Shown: positions 1-10,520 of the stretch, one piece after another
Position numbering within the stretch: the first letter of the stretch is position 1
Layout: every line of letters begins with the position of its first letter
Source of the DNA: Perkinsela sp. CCAP 1560/9
Taxonomy: Eukaryota; Protista; Euglenozoa: Kinetoplastea
Direction of reading: 5' to 3'
DNA: 64,000 nt
Assembly: GCA_965644495.1 (NCBI GenBank)
Contig: CBFFSA010000011.1
Span: 496,001-560,000 of the forward strand
Program-made: the position numbers and the translations under genes
Notes under the pieces: model-generated
Told to the model about the DNA's origin: nothing
What the model saw: only the letters and a program-made list of their open reading frames with translations
The model's database searches: none

Positions 1-965
1 GCCGAACTTGGCCCGAAGAAACTGTGTTACTTGCATTGTTGTCACTGGAGCCACCTTTTGCCGCGGGCGAAGGTGACGAATATAATCGTAAATCTCTTGT
101 AAATACTTTCCCTCGATCACTACGAAGCTGTCTGGGCGGTAAGGCTGATTTTTGTCGTTTTGGTTTTGCGCCCCCAGTAAATGACTATTCTGGTCGGAGT
201 TAACAGTATGAAATCTTGTCTTGTTAGGTTCGCCACTTCTCCAATTCGTGAAGCTGTTTTGTATGCGATTTTTACGACCGCAGCCACATCGAAGGGCACG
301 GTCCGAACAGCGAGTTCGAGATTCCAAGGTGATATTGGCTCCGCTTGATGTATTGGTTCTGCTGCCCCTTGTCTCGTTAAGACCTTTGCGTACATCTCGG
401 CTCTGTGAGGTTTTGCATCGATCTCCTTCAAAACTGACATTAAATGGCTTAAGTACGTTCTTTTTGTTTGTATCGACACATCCAGGGATCTGATATAAGA
501 GACGATACCCTCGTCGTTTAAGGCATAATTTTTTGTGCTCAGGCCCCTTAGCAGACGTATCCTTGTCTCCCATGTTCTGGGTGTCCAACAATTTTTTAAA
601 TCATCGCGTGTCGTTTCGCTCTTTGCCTTCAAGACGTGCTTCAGAAAATAGTCTGCCTTTTTGTCTCATGATTCCGTCATTGCTGGAATTAATACGTTCA
701 GATGATCTACTTGCGATACTTTCGTTCGGACAAGCGTTGAATAAGATGGCCGGAATCTTCGAGCTACAGGAGCGCAACTGTTGACCTGTGACGTTTTGAT
801 AATTTCCGTGGTTTTTTTCTTTTTCTGTTCTCTCAGAGACATATTTTCCGTATGTTGCGCTGTTTCCCGTTTTGTGATTTCTATTTGCTGGACGTGGTTT
901 GCCGATGTTATTAGATGTGCATTGTTTGTTCGCGTTGCTGGACACGTTTCCTGGGGGAGAGTCAT
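1..965 (-). pseudogene. Tyrosine recombinase of the YR retrotransposon, disrupted
   Basis: ORFs 666..965 and 120..632 are in the same frame, separated by TGA at 666-668 ('PAMTES*DKKADYFLKHVLKAK'). The catalytic Arg box is 'SRIGEV'. There is a frameshift near 150. Confidence 0.75.
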
Positions 966-1094
966 ATAATCGGCTTGTTTTAGTAATTGATAAGTTTGGG
1001 GAAGGAGCGTATAACTTACTGGTTGTAATTGACGTACTCGTTTTGCTGTATGGTTTGAAAACTGGCTTTCTGCCGGGAGGCGGACTGTAGCTAG

Positions 1095-2018
1095 TCATCT
1101 TGTTGCGCCAGGCCCCCCTGTGGAAAAATCCTGACCACCACGGTAGCGTACTCCAGGTCTCCCTCGTGAGTATGATCTACCATGTCCACCTGCGAATCCC
1201 CGAGAATAAGCACGTGAATAAGAAGGGAAATAATTTGACTGAGTATTAGGGTATTGTGACCTGAAACTGTACCGATAAGGAGCTTGAGCTCTGTTGTAAT
1301 CAATACTCCGGCGCAACATAGTACCCAAACTATCGTTTGGCTCACAAGAATTCGAATACTGTGTAACGATGTACTGGGAGTCACCTCCTCTCATAATGGC
1401 AAGTTTCATGCGCAACATATCAAGAACGTGTTGTCCTTGTTGCGCATGCGCTGGGTACATGTGGGCATCAATGCCTCCACGTGCAAATGCGTCTCGAAGA
1501 AAATACATTAAATCATCCCATGCCTCCAACACTGATTGTGGCATGCTCACAAGCACATGCAATTCCGAGCGAATTCGCTGGACCAGGATCTCTAGTGCGA
1601 ACTTGTTGTCCGAAGAGAAATATACATTATAAGTCTTAATGTCATAAATTTTGAACTGGAGTTCCTTGACATCATTCTCTGGTCCATCCCCCCCACACTT
1701 CATGAGTTCAATGCGTTTGTATTTTACTCCTGCATTTGGAATTGAGTAGACACAGTCATTCCGAAATATCACGTCCAGCTTAACCCTACCTTGTTCATCC
1801 AATACTGCGCGCGGTGAACCAATCCATGTTGCGTCACGTTCCGGGACAAAAGTTTCGCTGTACCAGGTGACCTTGATCTCACAATCACGTACTTCTAAAG
1901 CGGCAGCGATTTCGTTTATTTTGTCTCCCAGTTCGTGGTCTGTCATCGTGGAAGCTCCGTAAAGGGCAGGATCGATTGCAATTGAGGTCGTGACTGTGGT
2001 TGAGTATTGCTCCGTCAC
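1095..2018 (-). CDS. Gag-like ORF1 of the YR retrotransposon
   Basis: 307-codon open frame directly upstream of YR, with an RG/RGG/SR-rich basic C-terminus ('RAYSRGFAGGHGRSYSRGRPGVRYRGG'). The track start is GTG; the first ATG is internal (MTDHELGDK). Confidence 0.55.
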   Translation of the reverse strand: MTEQYSTTVTTSIAIDPALYGASTMTDHELGDKINEIAAALEVRDCEIKVTWYSETFVPERDATWIGSPRAVLDEQGRVKLDVIFRNDCVYSIPNAGVKYKRIELMKCGGDGPENDVKELQFKIYDIKTYNVYFSSDNKFALEILVQRIRSELHVLVSMPQSVLEAWDDLMYFLRDAFARGGIDAHMYPAHAQQGQHVLDMLRMKLAIMRGGDSQYIVTQYSNSCEPNDSLGTMLRRSIDYNRAQAPYRYSFRSQYPNTQSNYFPSYSRAYSRGFAGGHGRSYSRGRPGVRYRGGQDFSTGGPGATR

Positions 2019-2332
2019 CTTAAATGTTTCACTTAATTAAAGGAAACTGATAACTTTAATGTATTCTGACTTCCTGCTCCCTTAATAATACGTGTACGAC
2101 CTTTCTTATCTTCTTTCTTTCCTTCTGCAAGTGGGTGGAGTTGGGGGCGCTTAACGTGCCGCAGAAGGACCTCTTTTTCTTCTCCGCAAATCCTTCATAG
2201 ATTTAATATGTTGAAATTCTTCGGCAGATAGTAAAGAATTTTTGATCAGAGATTGAGCGCGGTAAACCTACCAACGTCAAGCCCACGTTTGCTTAGTTTG
2301 GCCACTAATGGTGGTGCAAATGTCTTCGAACT

Positions 2333-2524
2333 TTACACGCCATGGCACTGTGGGCATAGATTCTTCCCAACAGGGACACAATTTTCAGCACAATGCTGGC
2401 AGGCTTCTAAAAATAATCTTGATTTGTCTCCTCGTGAGTAGCAATCCAGACAGGAAGAATTGTTGAGAACGCTGAACAACGTCTCTCTGTCGCAAACGGG
2501 GCAATACTTTTTTATTGTGGCCAT
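2333..2524 (-). CDS. Small Cys-rich putative zinc-binding protein (4x CxxC)
   Basis: ATG-initiated 63-aa ORF containing CPVC, CLDC, CQHC and CPQC. Confidence 0.35.
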   Translation of the reverse strand: MATIKKYCPVCDRETLFSVLNNSSCLDCYSRGDKSRLFLEACQHCAENCVPVGKNLCPQCHGV

Positions 2525-4657
2525 TTAGGCCAGTATACCGTAGTGGAAAATTAAACTTTATGAGAAATAATTTGTTTCGCACTTGATCAATGACCATTTG
2601 CTGTCTGATTACTCTTTTTGCAAAAAAGAAATTCAGTGTAACTGTCATAAATACCTGCAATCTTGGCAGTCACTGGAAGTCACAGGAGTCCACATCCGAC
2701 CTTCAGATAAGCTGTTTTGCCGACTTTCCACTGCAAAAATCATGAGGCCTCTGTGCATACCTTTGTTCTACTTTAGATTTTGCACTACTCCTGATGAGAC
2801 AGCACGACGCCGAAGCGCATCCTAGCTGTAAAATATCAATCCAGCATTCTTTACAAATCAGGAACCCAATTGCTCTAGAATTGCTTTGATTTCTTATGGT
2901 TCAAATGTAGAACCTTTCAAAGGGTACTTTTGCATCAGCGTCCGAAATGCTCCGAGCAAGATGTTGTCTCCTTTTTTTGTTTCAGTTGCATCGCCACGGC
3001 ATGCGTAATTTGCGCATCCGTCGGTGTACTGCTTATAGGGCTATGGTCCGTTACAAAAGATATGCGACCTCACCGCGAGGATCGCGATGTATCTGAAGCC
3101 ACGTAAGCGAACTTATCGGAATTCACTTCTTGGGTGACCATACTGTTGACGGCTTTTTCACCCTCTCAGGATACAGATCTATTCCAAAGATACGAGCCAA
3201 CATCTCTACAATGTTGTTGGGTAACAATGTTGATTCTTCCTTCCTCTTTCAGTTGATCATAAACGTGGTTATGCTCACGAAGGAAGTTTATTCAGGTGTT
3301 CATGGTCTCTAGTTTCACCCCGAATATGTCACTCAGCTGTGCAGAACATAGTCTTTGACTACGGTTTGTTCACCGTTCGTTGGCTATCCAAACAATTTGG
3401 ATATTCTTAACCGCGCCCTCGAGATCAGGAACTCATTCGAGTTGCAAGAGCTCAAGGGTTTCATGCGCCGTAGCCGTTACGTATCCAGCGAACTTCGTGT
3501 CTGGCCTTAAGGATGTAGCGTATGCGCCGCCTTCTTATGCACACTGATGATTGTACAGTGTAAAAACATCTTTTGAAGAAGAATCTCTTCTAACAGCGTG
3601 GGTGCTGAAAGGTGATTTGGTGAAAGTTGTTCAACTGGACGGTAGGGTATTCTCCCTTTTTCGTCCATTATTCTTTGGTCCTTTGCGCAGTGTTGGGCAA
3701 CGGGATTCGGAAGTTCACTTTCGAGAAGAAAGAAAACTTTACAAGAATCACAACTTGTGATACGTTGATCATCGTTCATTCTCTTTTTGTACCCTTTCTT
3801 GACTTTGTACTCTTCTTGAGCTTCCGTACTGACCGAAAAATCTTCCAAAGGTAGACGATCAATGTAGGAAGCTTCATAGTTGCATGAAGTTTCACAGATC
3901 CACGTAGATGAGAATCTTGCCTGTGCGACCTCAATAGGTGTTATAGTGCGAGTTGTAGTTGTGCGCAATCATCCAGTTATACGCATCTTGCCCTTGTGGA
4001 ACGTAATTTAGATTTCGCCAAGGATGAACACAAGCAAATCGATCACAATCCCCACAAAACCGCCGCGAAACCTGTGCATTTTGTTCAACCCATGGCTTCA
4101 ACCCATCTGGGGTTTCGGCATCTTGGTCACCTCTGCGTTCATTATACGCCTGCGCTTCCATAAGAGCAATGAACCGACGAAATAACGCGTCCTAAGCGCT
4201 ATTCTCCATAGAGCAAAACGTTGTAGCGTAAAAAGATTTCGGTTAATAGGAACTCAGAATGTGCCCTAAAAAAAGAAATTTTTGATGTCCTTTTTTGGGA
4301 AAGAAAGTCATAAGATGTGTTTTTTTAGTTTTTTTTAGAACGTTTACTCATACTCATAGGCCTTTTTCCTTATTATAGAGAAACAACCAGGGACATTGTG
4401 ACTCTGAATACCCGTGTAATTAATCGAAATTTTAATCAAAAAGGTATAGAGTCTACCCACAGGCGGTAAAGATACAGTATTTTTTACAGCTTTTATGACA
4501 TTTCGACTGAAGTGTATTCAATCGCAATTGAATACAACACTGTATGTATATTAGTCAACAGTAGAGCAATCACTACAATATCTACTAGACCTTCCTTCGT
4601 CGTGTATTGGCATAGATTTCGACGTCATCAATTTACACCTTACATACACGCACGTTC

Positions 4658-7600
4658 ATGAATTCACAGCGCGGCGTAGTACCATTGTGTGGATCGTCTG
4701 TGTCCGTCGAAGGTGGAAGTACCAGTGTAAGACACAAAGGTCGGCGAGCACAATTTTCTCCTAAAAGGAAGCCTTTATCGGCACCCTTCTTAAACAATGG
4801 TGTACCTATAGCATCTGTGCATTTTATGTATCTGCGACAAAAGCAACTTACGTCTTTTGACCCCTATGTCGTGCTCAAGCACGTAACAATGCTTGATCTC
4901 TCCATGAACTATTTGTCCACGATGAATTTTTTATCGCTCTTTCCAAATCTGCGCCACTTGTTCATGACTGGAAACAAACTAGAAGACCTTTCAAATCTCG
5001 ATGCAGTACCCGACCTAGAAACCCTGGCCGTTTCCTCGAATCGGATAAAAACTTTCGAGGGGTTAGGGGACCTCAAACAACTAAAACTACTCTCCTTGAA
5101 TTACAATGAGATATCCTCCCTTCAAGGATTTCCTTTTCTTCCGTCCTTACAAGCGGTAAACATAAAAGGGAACCCGATTGATGAGTGGCAGGATATACGA
5201 CGGATCCTTCTTGCGCTCAGTCCCGTGAGTTTGGTACAAATTAACGGAAGAGAAGTCACACCCACAGAAAAAACCGAAGCCACGGCTTACCACGGAAGTA
5301 TCGCCTATGCTCTCTCAGAAGGGTTTATCCCACCCTCTCCCCTTACCCCTACTCCTCCCGCACACGCCCCAATACACGCCTTCCTCTCCCATCTCCAAAA
5401 ACAACGTGCCCTCTCCGCGGGGCACCCCCCCTTCCTCATCCCCCACACCCTCGAGGTCCGCCCCCCCTCTGACCCGCTCCTCTCCCACGAGGGTACCCCC
5501 CTGACCCTCCAGGTGTGTCTCCAGGACACCCGCCCCGCACGTGAGACCCCCCCCTTCGAGTCCCACGTGCTCTCCCCCGTGGTGTTCCAAGTAACGGGGA
5601 ACGCCCAGCGCGTGGAACTCACGGGCTCGTTCGTCACCGGGGGACGTAACACCAGCAGCCCTGGGGATACGAATCAACCCACACGACTGGAGCTCTACCG
5701 TGAGAGTCACTGTCCCCACGGGGTCGAGACGGGGGGGGGAGAGCCACAACCGGGGAAGGCAGAAGAAGAGAACGAAGAGGGCGTCGCCTTCTCCACCCGG
5801 CTGTACCTCCCCCCCGGGTCCTACGCGTACCAGTACGTGGTGGATGGGGAGACGCGGGTGTCCGAGGCGGCCCCGACGGGGGTGGGTGCAGGCGCCCAGG
5901 GGGTGTGTAACCTTTGTGAGGTGTCGGTGAGTGCCCCCGCACGAGAGACCCAGTCCTTGCTGCATGTACGGTGGCTGCGGAGCACGGAGGGGGGTGTTGG
6001 GGGGTTTGAGGTGATTCCCAATGCAAAGGAACTGACGTATGTGCCCACTGCGGGGGATGTGGGGCATTTTTTGCGTGCGGAGGTTTTGGTGTATGATGAA
6101 GGGGAGTTTCAGTTTCCGTTGTTTGCGATTACGCCGAATATTGAGCCTGGGCTTCCGCTTTGCGCCCACATGGAGCTGAGTGGACGTTGTGTGGAGGGGG
6201 CGTCGTTGGTGCTGGATGTGGAGTATGCCGGTGGGGAGGAGGGCCCGAGTGAGACACGGTGGTTCCGTGTTGTGGATCACGACGAAGAGGTGCCGCTGGA
6301 TACGAATTCCCGTGCGTATGTTCTCTCCCCCTCGGACGTCGCCCACCGTATCAAGGCGGAGTACCTCCCGGTACGCCAGGACGGGGAGCGTGGGACCCCT
6401 GCGAGTCGGTACAGCGACGTCATCCTCCCCCGTCCCTGCGTCACGGGACTTGGTCCCATCACCGGGGAGGGGGTAGAGGGCGCCACACTCACGGTGGAGT
6501 GTGACAACCCCACGGCACTCCAACAAAAATGTCACCTCCAGTGGGGTCACTACGACCCTCGCTCCGGGGAATTCCACCCCCGTCCCGGCGCCCACGACCT
6601 GTCCTACCCCCTCACCCTTCCCGATGTCGGGGCTACCCTCGCGCTACAGTGTACCCTTAAAAACGCATCCCCCACCCGTCTAAGCCCCACCCCGGAGCTT
6701 CGCCTGCGCTCGGACCCGATCCGCGCCGCCCCCCCGACCATCGAGGACTTTCGGCTCACCGGGTCCCCCACCGAGGGCAGTGCCCTCCAGCTGCACTACA
6801 GCTACCGCGGAGGTAACCCCGGGGCCCACCAGCTCGTGTGGTTCCGTGAGTCCACGGGGGGGGACGCGGGAGGGGGGGTACGGCAGGTCGTGGAGGAGAC
6901 GACCCATGGCAAGGGGAGGGGGAGTAGGGGGAGTACCCGTAGGGGGAGTAGGGGGAGTACGGCTACGGGTACTAACACTACAAGTACTACGGGTATGAGT
7001 GCTACGGGTACGGCTACTCCGGGTATGAGTACTACGGGTACGAGTCCTACGGGTACGGCTACTCCGGGTACGAGTGCTACGGGTACGAGTACTATGGGTA
7101 CCTGTGGCTTGGCTGCGCCCCTGTGCCTACGTCGTGTGCTCACGACCGGGGATGTGGGGTACCGTATGGGTGCGATGCTCACACCTGTACGTAGTGACGG
7201 GGTACACGGGGCTACGGTGGAGGTGGTGGGGGGGTGTGCGGTGGGGGCAAGGGGGCCGCAGGTGGGGGGACCGATGAGGGTACGATGGGAGAGGGGAGGG
7301 GAGGGGGTGACTATAGGGGTAGTGGAGTACACGTATGTTGGGGGGAAGGAGGGGGAGAGTCATGTGGAGTGGTATAAAGTGGAGGAGGGGGAGGGAGAAG
7401 AGGGGGAGGGGAGGCTGATTCAGGATGGGGGGAGGGAGTGCGTGGTGGATGGGAGTGAGGTGGGGGAGGGAGAGTTGATTCGGGTGGTGGTGACTCCGGT
7501 GCGGAGTGATGGGTTACGTGGGCCCTCGCGTGTGGTGGAGAGTCGGGTGTCATGGGATGCGGGTGATGGAGGTGAAGAGCTTGGAATGAAAACCGAGATA

Positions 7601-8005
7601 GACCCGAGCATCTCCATAATCCAGGGTGGCGACGAGGCAAACACTGAGGAACTTAACCCTAATGTGGATGAAGTGGAATATCCTCGTGAACTTGAGACCG
7701 ATGGGAATAGGTCATTGAGTGACAGGGGTCAAGATCCTGCGACGACCGTCGAGGTGCAGCCAAACACTCCCGTACTCCATGGCGACGAGGAGGAGGACGT
7801 TGAGGAGACCACTTGTGTGGATCTGTCGGAACGTCCTCATGAACTTGAATCCGATGGGGATCGGTCATTGGAGAGCTCTTCTACAAAAGAGGAAGTCACA
7901 GCCACAGCAATGCAAGTGGCAGTTGAAGGAAACGGTTTGGACGATCTGCCAGATGTTTCCGAAGTTTCCAGCTTGCAGGATGAGGTTGAACCTTACATAC
8001 AATAG
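4658..8005 (+). CDS. AIR9: AIR9-like microtubule-associated protein (LRR + A9 Ig-like repeats) with a CBM48/AMPK-beta-like insert
   Basis: N-terminal SDS22-type LRRs (LDLSMNYL, LAVSSNRI, LSLNYNEI, IKGNPI). Repeated A9 motifs 'Y.GG.EG.S...W' and 'TPVRSDG..G'. The segment 'VELTGSF...LYLPPGSYAYQYVVDG' resembles CBM48. Intronless, 1115 aa. Confidence 0.85.
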   Translation: MNSQRGVVPLCGSSVSVEGGSTSVRHKGRRAQFSPKRKPLSAPFLNNGVPIASVHFMYLRQKQLTSFDPYVVLKHVTMLDLSMNYLSTMNFLSLFPNLRHLFMTGNKLEDLSNLDAVPDLETLAVSSNRIKTFEGLGDLKQLKLLSLNYNEISSLQGFPFLPSLQAVNIKGNPIDEWQDIRRILLALSPVSLVQINGREVTPTEKTEATAYHGSIAYALSEGFIPPSPLTPTPPAHAPIHAFLSHLQKQRALSAGHPPFLIPHTLEVRPPSDPLLSHEGTPLTLQVCLQDTRPARETPPFESHVLSPVVFQVTGNAQRVELTGSFVTGGRNTSSPGDTNQPTRLELYRESHCPHGVETGGGEPQPGKAEEENEEGVAFSTRLYLPPGSYAYQYVVDGETRVSEAAPTGVGAGAQGVCNLCEVSVSAPARETQSLLHVRWLRSTEGGVGGFEVIPNAKELTYVPTAGDVGHFLRAEVLVYDEGEFQFPLFAITPNIEPGLPLCAHMELSGRCVEGASLVLDVEYAGGEEGPSETRWFRVVDHDEEVPLDTNSRAYVLSPSDVAHRIKAEYLPVRQDGERGTPASRYSDVILPRPCVTGLGPITGEGVEGATLTVECDNPTALQQKCHLQWGHYDPRSGEFHPRPGAHDLSYPLTLPDVGATLALQCTLKNASPTRLSPTPELRLRSDPIRAAPPTIEDFRLTGSPTEGSALQLHYSYRGGNPGAHQLVWFRESTGGDAGGGVRQVVEETTHGKGRGSRGSTRRGSRGSTATGTNTTSTTGMSATGTATPGMSTTGTSPTGTATPGTSATGTSTMGTCGLAAPLCLRRVLTTGDVGYRMGAMLTPVRSDGVHGATVEVVGGCAVGARGPQVGGPMRVRWERGGEGVTIGVVEYTYVGGKEGESHVEWYKVEEGEGEEGEGRLIQDGGRECVVDGSEVGEGELIRVVVTPVRSDGLRGPSRVVESRVSWDAGDGGEELGMKTEIDPSISIIQGGDEANTEELNPNVDEVEYPRELETDGNRSLSDRGQDPATTVEVQPNTPVLHGDEEEDVEETTCVDLSERPHELESDGDRSLESSSTKEEVTATAMQVAVEGNGLDDLPDVSEVSSLQDEVEPYIQ

Positions 8006-8515
8006 GGTCAATTAAGGTCGCTAGTTTATCCTAATGCATTATTCCGTCATTTCATTCTCTATTTTTAGGCGGGTTGTACTTAGTGGTGGACCACCAGATC
8101 ATATTTAGAACATAAGATTGCTCACTAGAATTCGAAATATCATCCTACCTTGAATTAAAATAGAAAACATTAGAGGATTACATTTATTTGGAGAGAATGG
8201 CATGAAGGTCGAAGGGCGTCTGTCTATATTTTTTTTCTTGAAAACAAAGTACTACAAAGTGAATGTAAAAATAAATTAGATCAATCTAGCTGTGTATGTT
8301 TGCAGTGTATGGAATTCGTTCCTTGCTTTGTTGATTCTAACACGTGCACTAGCGTTATTGCACAATACTTCTCACACATTATTGCACATCGTTTGGTCTA
8401 TACGTTTAGTGTCTATACATTGAATGTCTGTACATAGAGTACCAGCATTCTTATGATCTTCTTGCGCACTCTTACACATGTGTCCATGCACACGTAGTAT
8501 GTTCATGCAGTTATT

Positions 8516-9154
8516 ATGAAGTTAATTGGACTTGTTCTGTTAAGTAACCCAAGCGACAAGACTTCAGATCCTGTGGTCTGCGTATCCGCAGTAGATGTCA
8601 GTTCAGTAGGATACCTTCAACGTTCATCTGTGCGCGAACTCATCATATTTCTTTCACGAATGATCTCGAAATCACTCGCCGTGTTACTTGTCACAGGACA
8701 ACTTCATCAAGTCAAAGAAAAAGAATATTGTGTTCACGCTTTTCCTACACCAAATGGAATTACTGCGGTAGCAATTACAGATGAATCATATCCGGCAAAT
8801 AATATTCTTTCAATACTACAAGGACTCTCTTCGAAATTTTGGCATAAATATCAGGAAATGCTGCAAATGTACGATGTACCCTTTACTGATGAATTTGCAG
8901 CCCCTTTTTATGAAAACGAGTTGTGGGCCTTACTGAAAAAGCATGAAACTCCAGTGGATCCCGATTCTATCTTTCTAATTCGACAACAACTAGAAGAAAC
9001 TAAAGTTGTTTTACATCAAGCTGTTGATTCCCTTTTAGAACGCGGGACACATATTGATGAATTGGTATCTAAAAGCGCAGAACTTGGTTTTGCATCGAAA
9101 GCTTTTTACAAAACAGCGAAAAAAACGAATTCTTCTTGTTGTTCGATTACTTGA
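8516..9154 (+). CDS. YKT6: Longin R-SNARE YKT6
   Basis: Longin N-terminus; SNARE motif 'LLERGTHIDELVSKS...SKAFYKTAKKTN'; C-terminal CCSIT prenylation/palmitoylation motif and no transmembrane helix. Confidence 0.92.
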   Translation: MKLIGLVLLSNPSDKTSDPVVCVSAVDVSSVGYLQRSSVRELIIFLSRMISKSLAVLLVTGQLHQVKEKEYCVHAFPTPNGITAVAITDESYPANNILSILQGLSSKFWHKYQEMLQMYDVPFTDEFAAPFYENELWALLKKHETPVDPDSIFLIRQQLEETKVVLHQAVDSLLERGTHIDELVSKSAELGFASKAFYKTAKKTNSSCCSIT

Positions 9155-9639
9155 GAATGACAAAACTATCCCCTTTTTTATTGAGTTCACTTTTGAATGG
9201 GGGCTTTCAATGAAAGATCATTTAATTCACAGACAGAGACAACTAAATTCCGAACCAAGAACACTTTTTTCCTTGCACTTCTTTCGCGTTTTATGAAGTT
9301 TTATTCAGCTTACTGTGACCCCCCCTTTAATACGGACAGATTTTTGGACTTTGTCCGTATTAAAGGGAGGGTGCCCATGGCGCAGAAAATGCCGCTATTT
9401 CTTACCCGATAAAATACAATATTAAAAATATCGCCCGTCCTTCTCGAGAAAGGCGAATTAAAGGAATCTCTGGAACATAAAGAAAAGAAGTCCCCTGGAG
9501 AATAATGCGGTGATGGGATGTTGAGGAGTGAAGGTCGGACAGGGGGGATGTCTGGGTTGGGTGACTGACGTGTAGGCATTTAAGTAGCAGAGCAATTAAA
9601 AGAAAAACATTATGAAGGATGATACAATGTAAAAGAGTT

Positions 9640-9834
9640 AATTGAGGGGCTGCGGGTGGCGAGGTTTCGTGAGGTTTCACCAAGGTTTCGCGAAGTTTCA
9701 CAAAGGGCTTAATCGAGGTTCCGAGGCTTCGTCCAGGTTTCACTGAGGTTTCATCCAGGTTTCACCGAAGTTTCATCCAAGTTTCACCGAGATTTCACGA
9801 GATTTCGCGAGGTTTCACCCGCAGCCCCTCAATT
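9640..9834. mobile_element. MITE-like element with 19-bp terminal inverted repeats and an internal 10-11-bp repeat
   Basis: AATTGAGGGGCTGCGGGTG (9640-9658) and its exact reverse complement (9816-9834) enclose about 14 degenerate GAGGTTTCAC units. Confidence 0.65.
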
Positions 9835-10214
9835 GTCTGGTTAAGTACAATTATTCGTGCCTTGGTGGTTCATGAACCATGAACCAGAATCAAACCTTTG
9901 TACAGTGGTCGTCAGCATAACGTGCCCTTTCTCTAGAATTCGCCATTTTTGTGCGTTTTTTCTTATTTTTGTAGCATTGAAGAGATATCGGCGAGCTTGT
10001 GCCAAAGATGGAGTCATTTCTCTAAAATGAACAATTTTTCCGAAATTTTTGCGAACGAAAAAATATTTTTTTTTTGTTGTTTGAAAAAGATGACTCTTTT
10101 TTTGGAATCGGTTTTGGGTTTCTTCTATAGTTGATGTACTTACATAACACCGTGAGGTATTGTGTGTGCCTTGCTACACATTTTTACATGATACACTTTC
10201 CTATGGTACATAAA

Positions 10215-10520
10215 TCAAATCATTATTAGCCTTCTAGTAAAACACAGGACCAGGGCATTCCAATCCGGGTGCGCAAAGCAAATAACTTTCTGATGAATCC
10301 CAGTGTCATAGCACAATGGGATATTGTTCTGTGCAAAACGTTCAATACCGAATGTTAGTATCTGTAGATATGTGCGGGTTTCAGTGAGTCGCTGTGGGCT
10401 GCTGCTCACGATAGACGAGTCAGAATCCAGAATAACCAAGTGTCTCCACCCTACTCCTATGGCGCCCCAAACTTGACATCTTGGCTCCCAGCGTACTTTT
10501 TTCTTCAGGCAGGTTGTTGG
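10215..10520 (-). pseudogene. Remnant of a Tc1/mariner-like transposase
   Basis: Minus-strand translation 'KVRWEPRCQVWGAIGVGWRHLVILD...YDTGIH...FAHPDWNAL' resembles the VWGAIG, DN..H and SPDLNPIE regions. Heavily decayed. Confidence 0.4.

Larger units (their letters stand above)
1..2018 (-). mobile_element. Degenerate TATE/VIPER-like (DIRS-order) tyrosine-recombinase retrotransposon; gag-like ORF followed by YR, running off the window start
   Basis: Gag-like ORF 1095..2018 is followed by a YR frame with motifs 'AYKTASRIGEVANL' and 'IYWGRKTKT'. After a 1-bp frameshift near 150 the frame continues as 'NQPYRPDSFVVIEG...QFLRAKFG' to position 1. The gag-YR(-RT) order is that of kinetoplastid TATE/VIPER elements. 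Confidence 0.75.

Noticed and set aside
5305-7868. Many overlapping antisense ORFs within AIR9 and bL28m
   Set aside because: They are explained by GC-rich, stop-poor skewed sequence and contain no recognisable domains.
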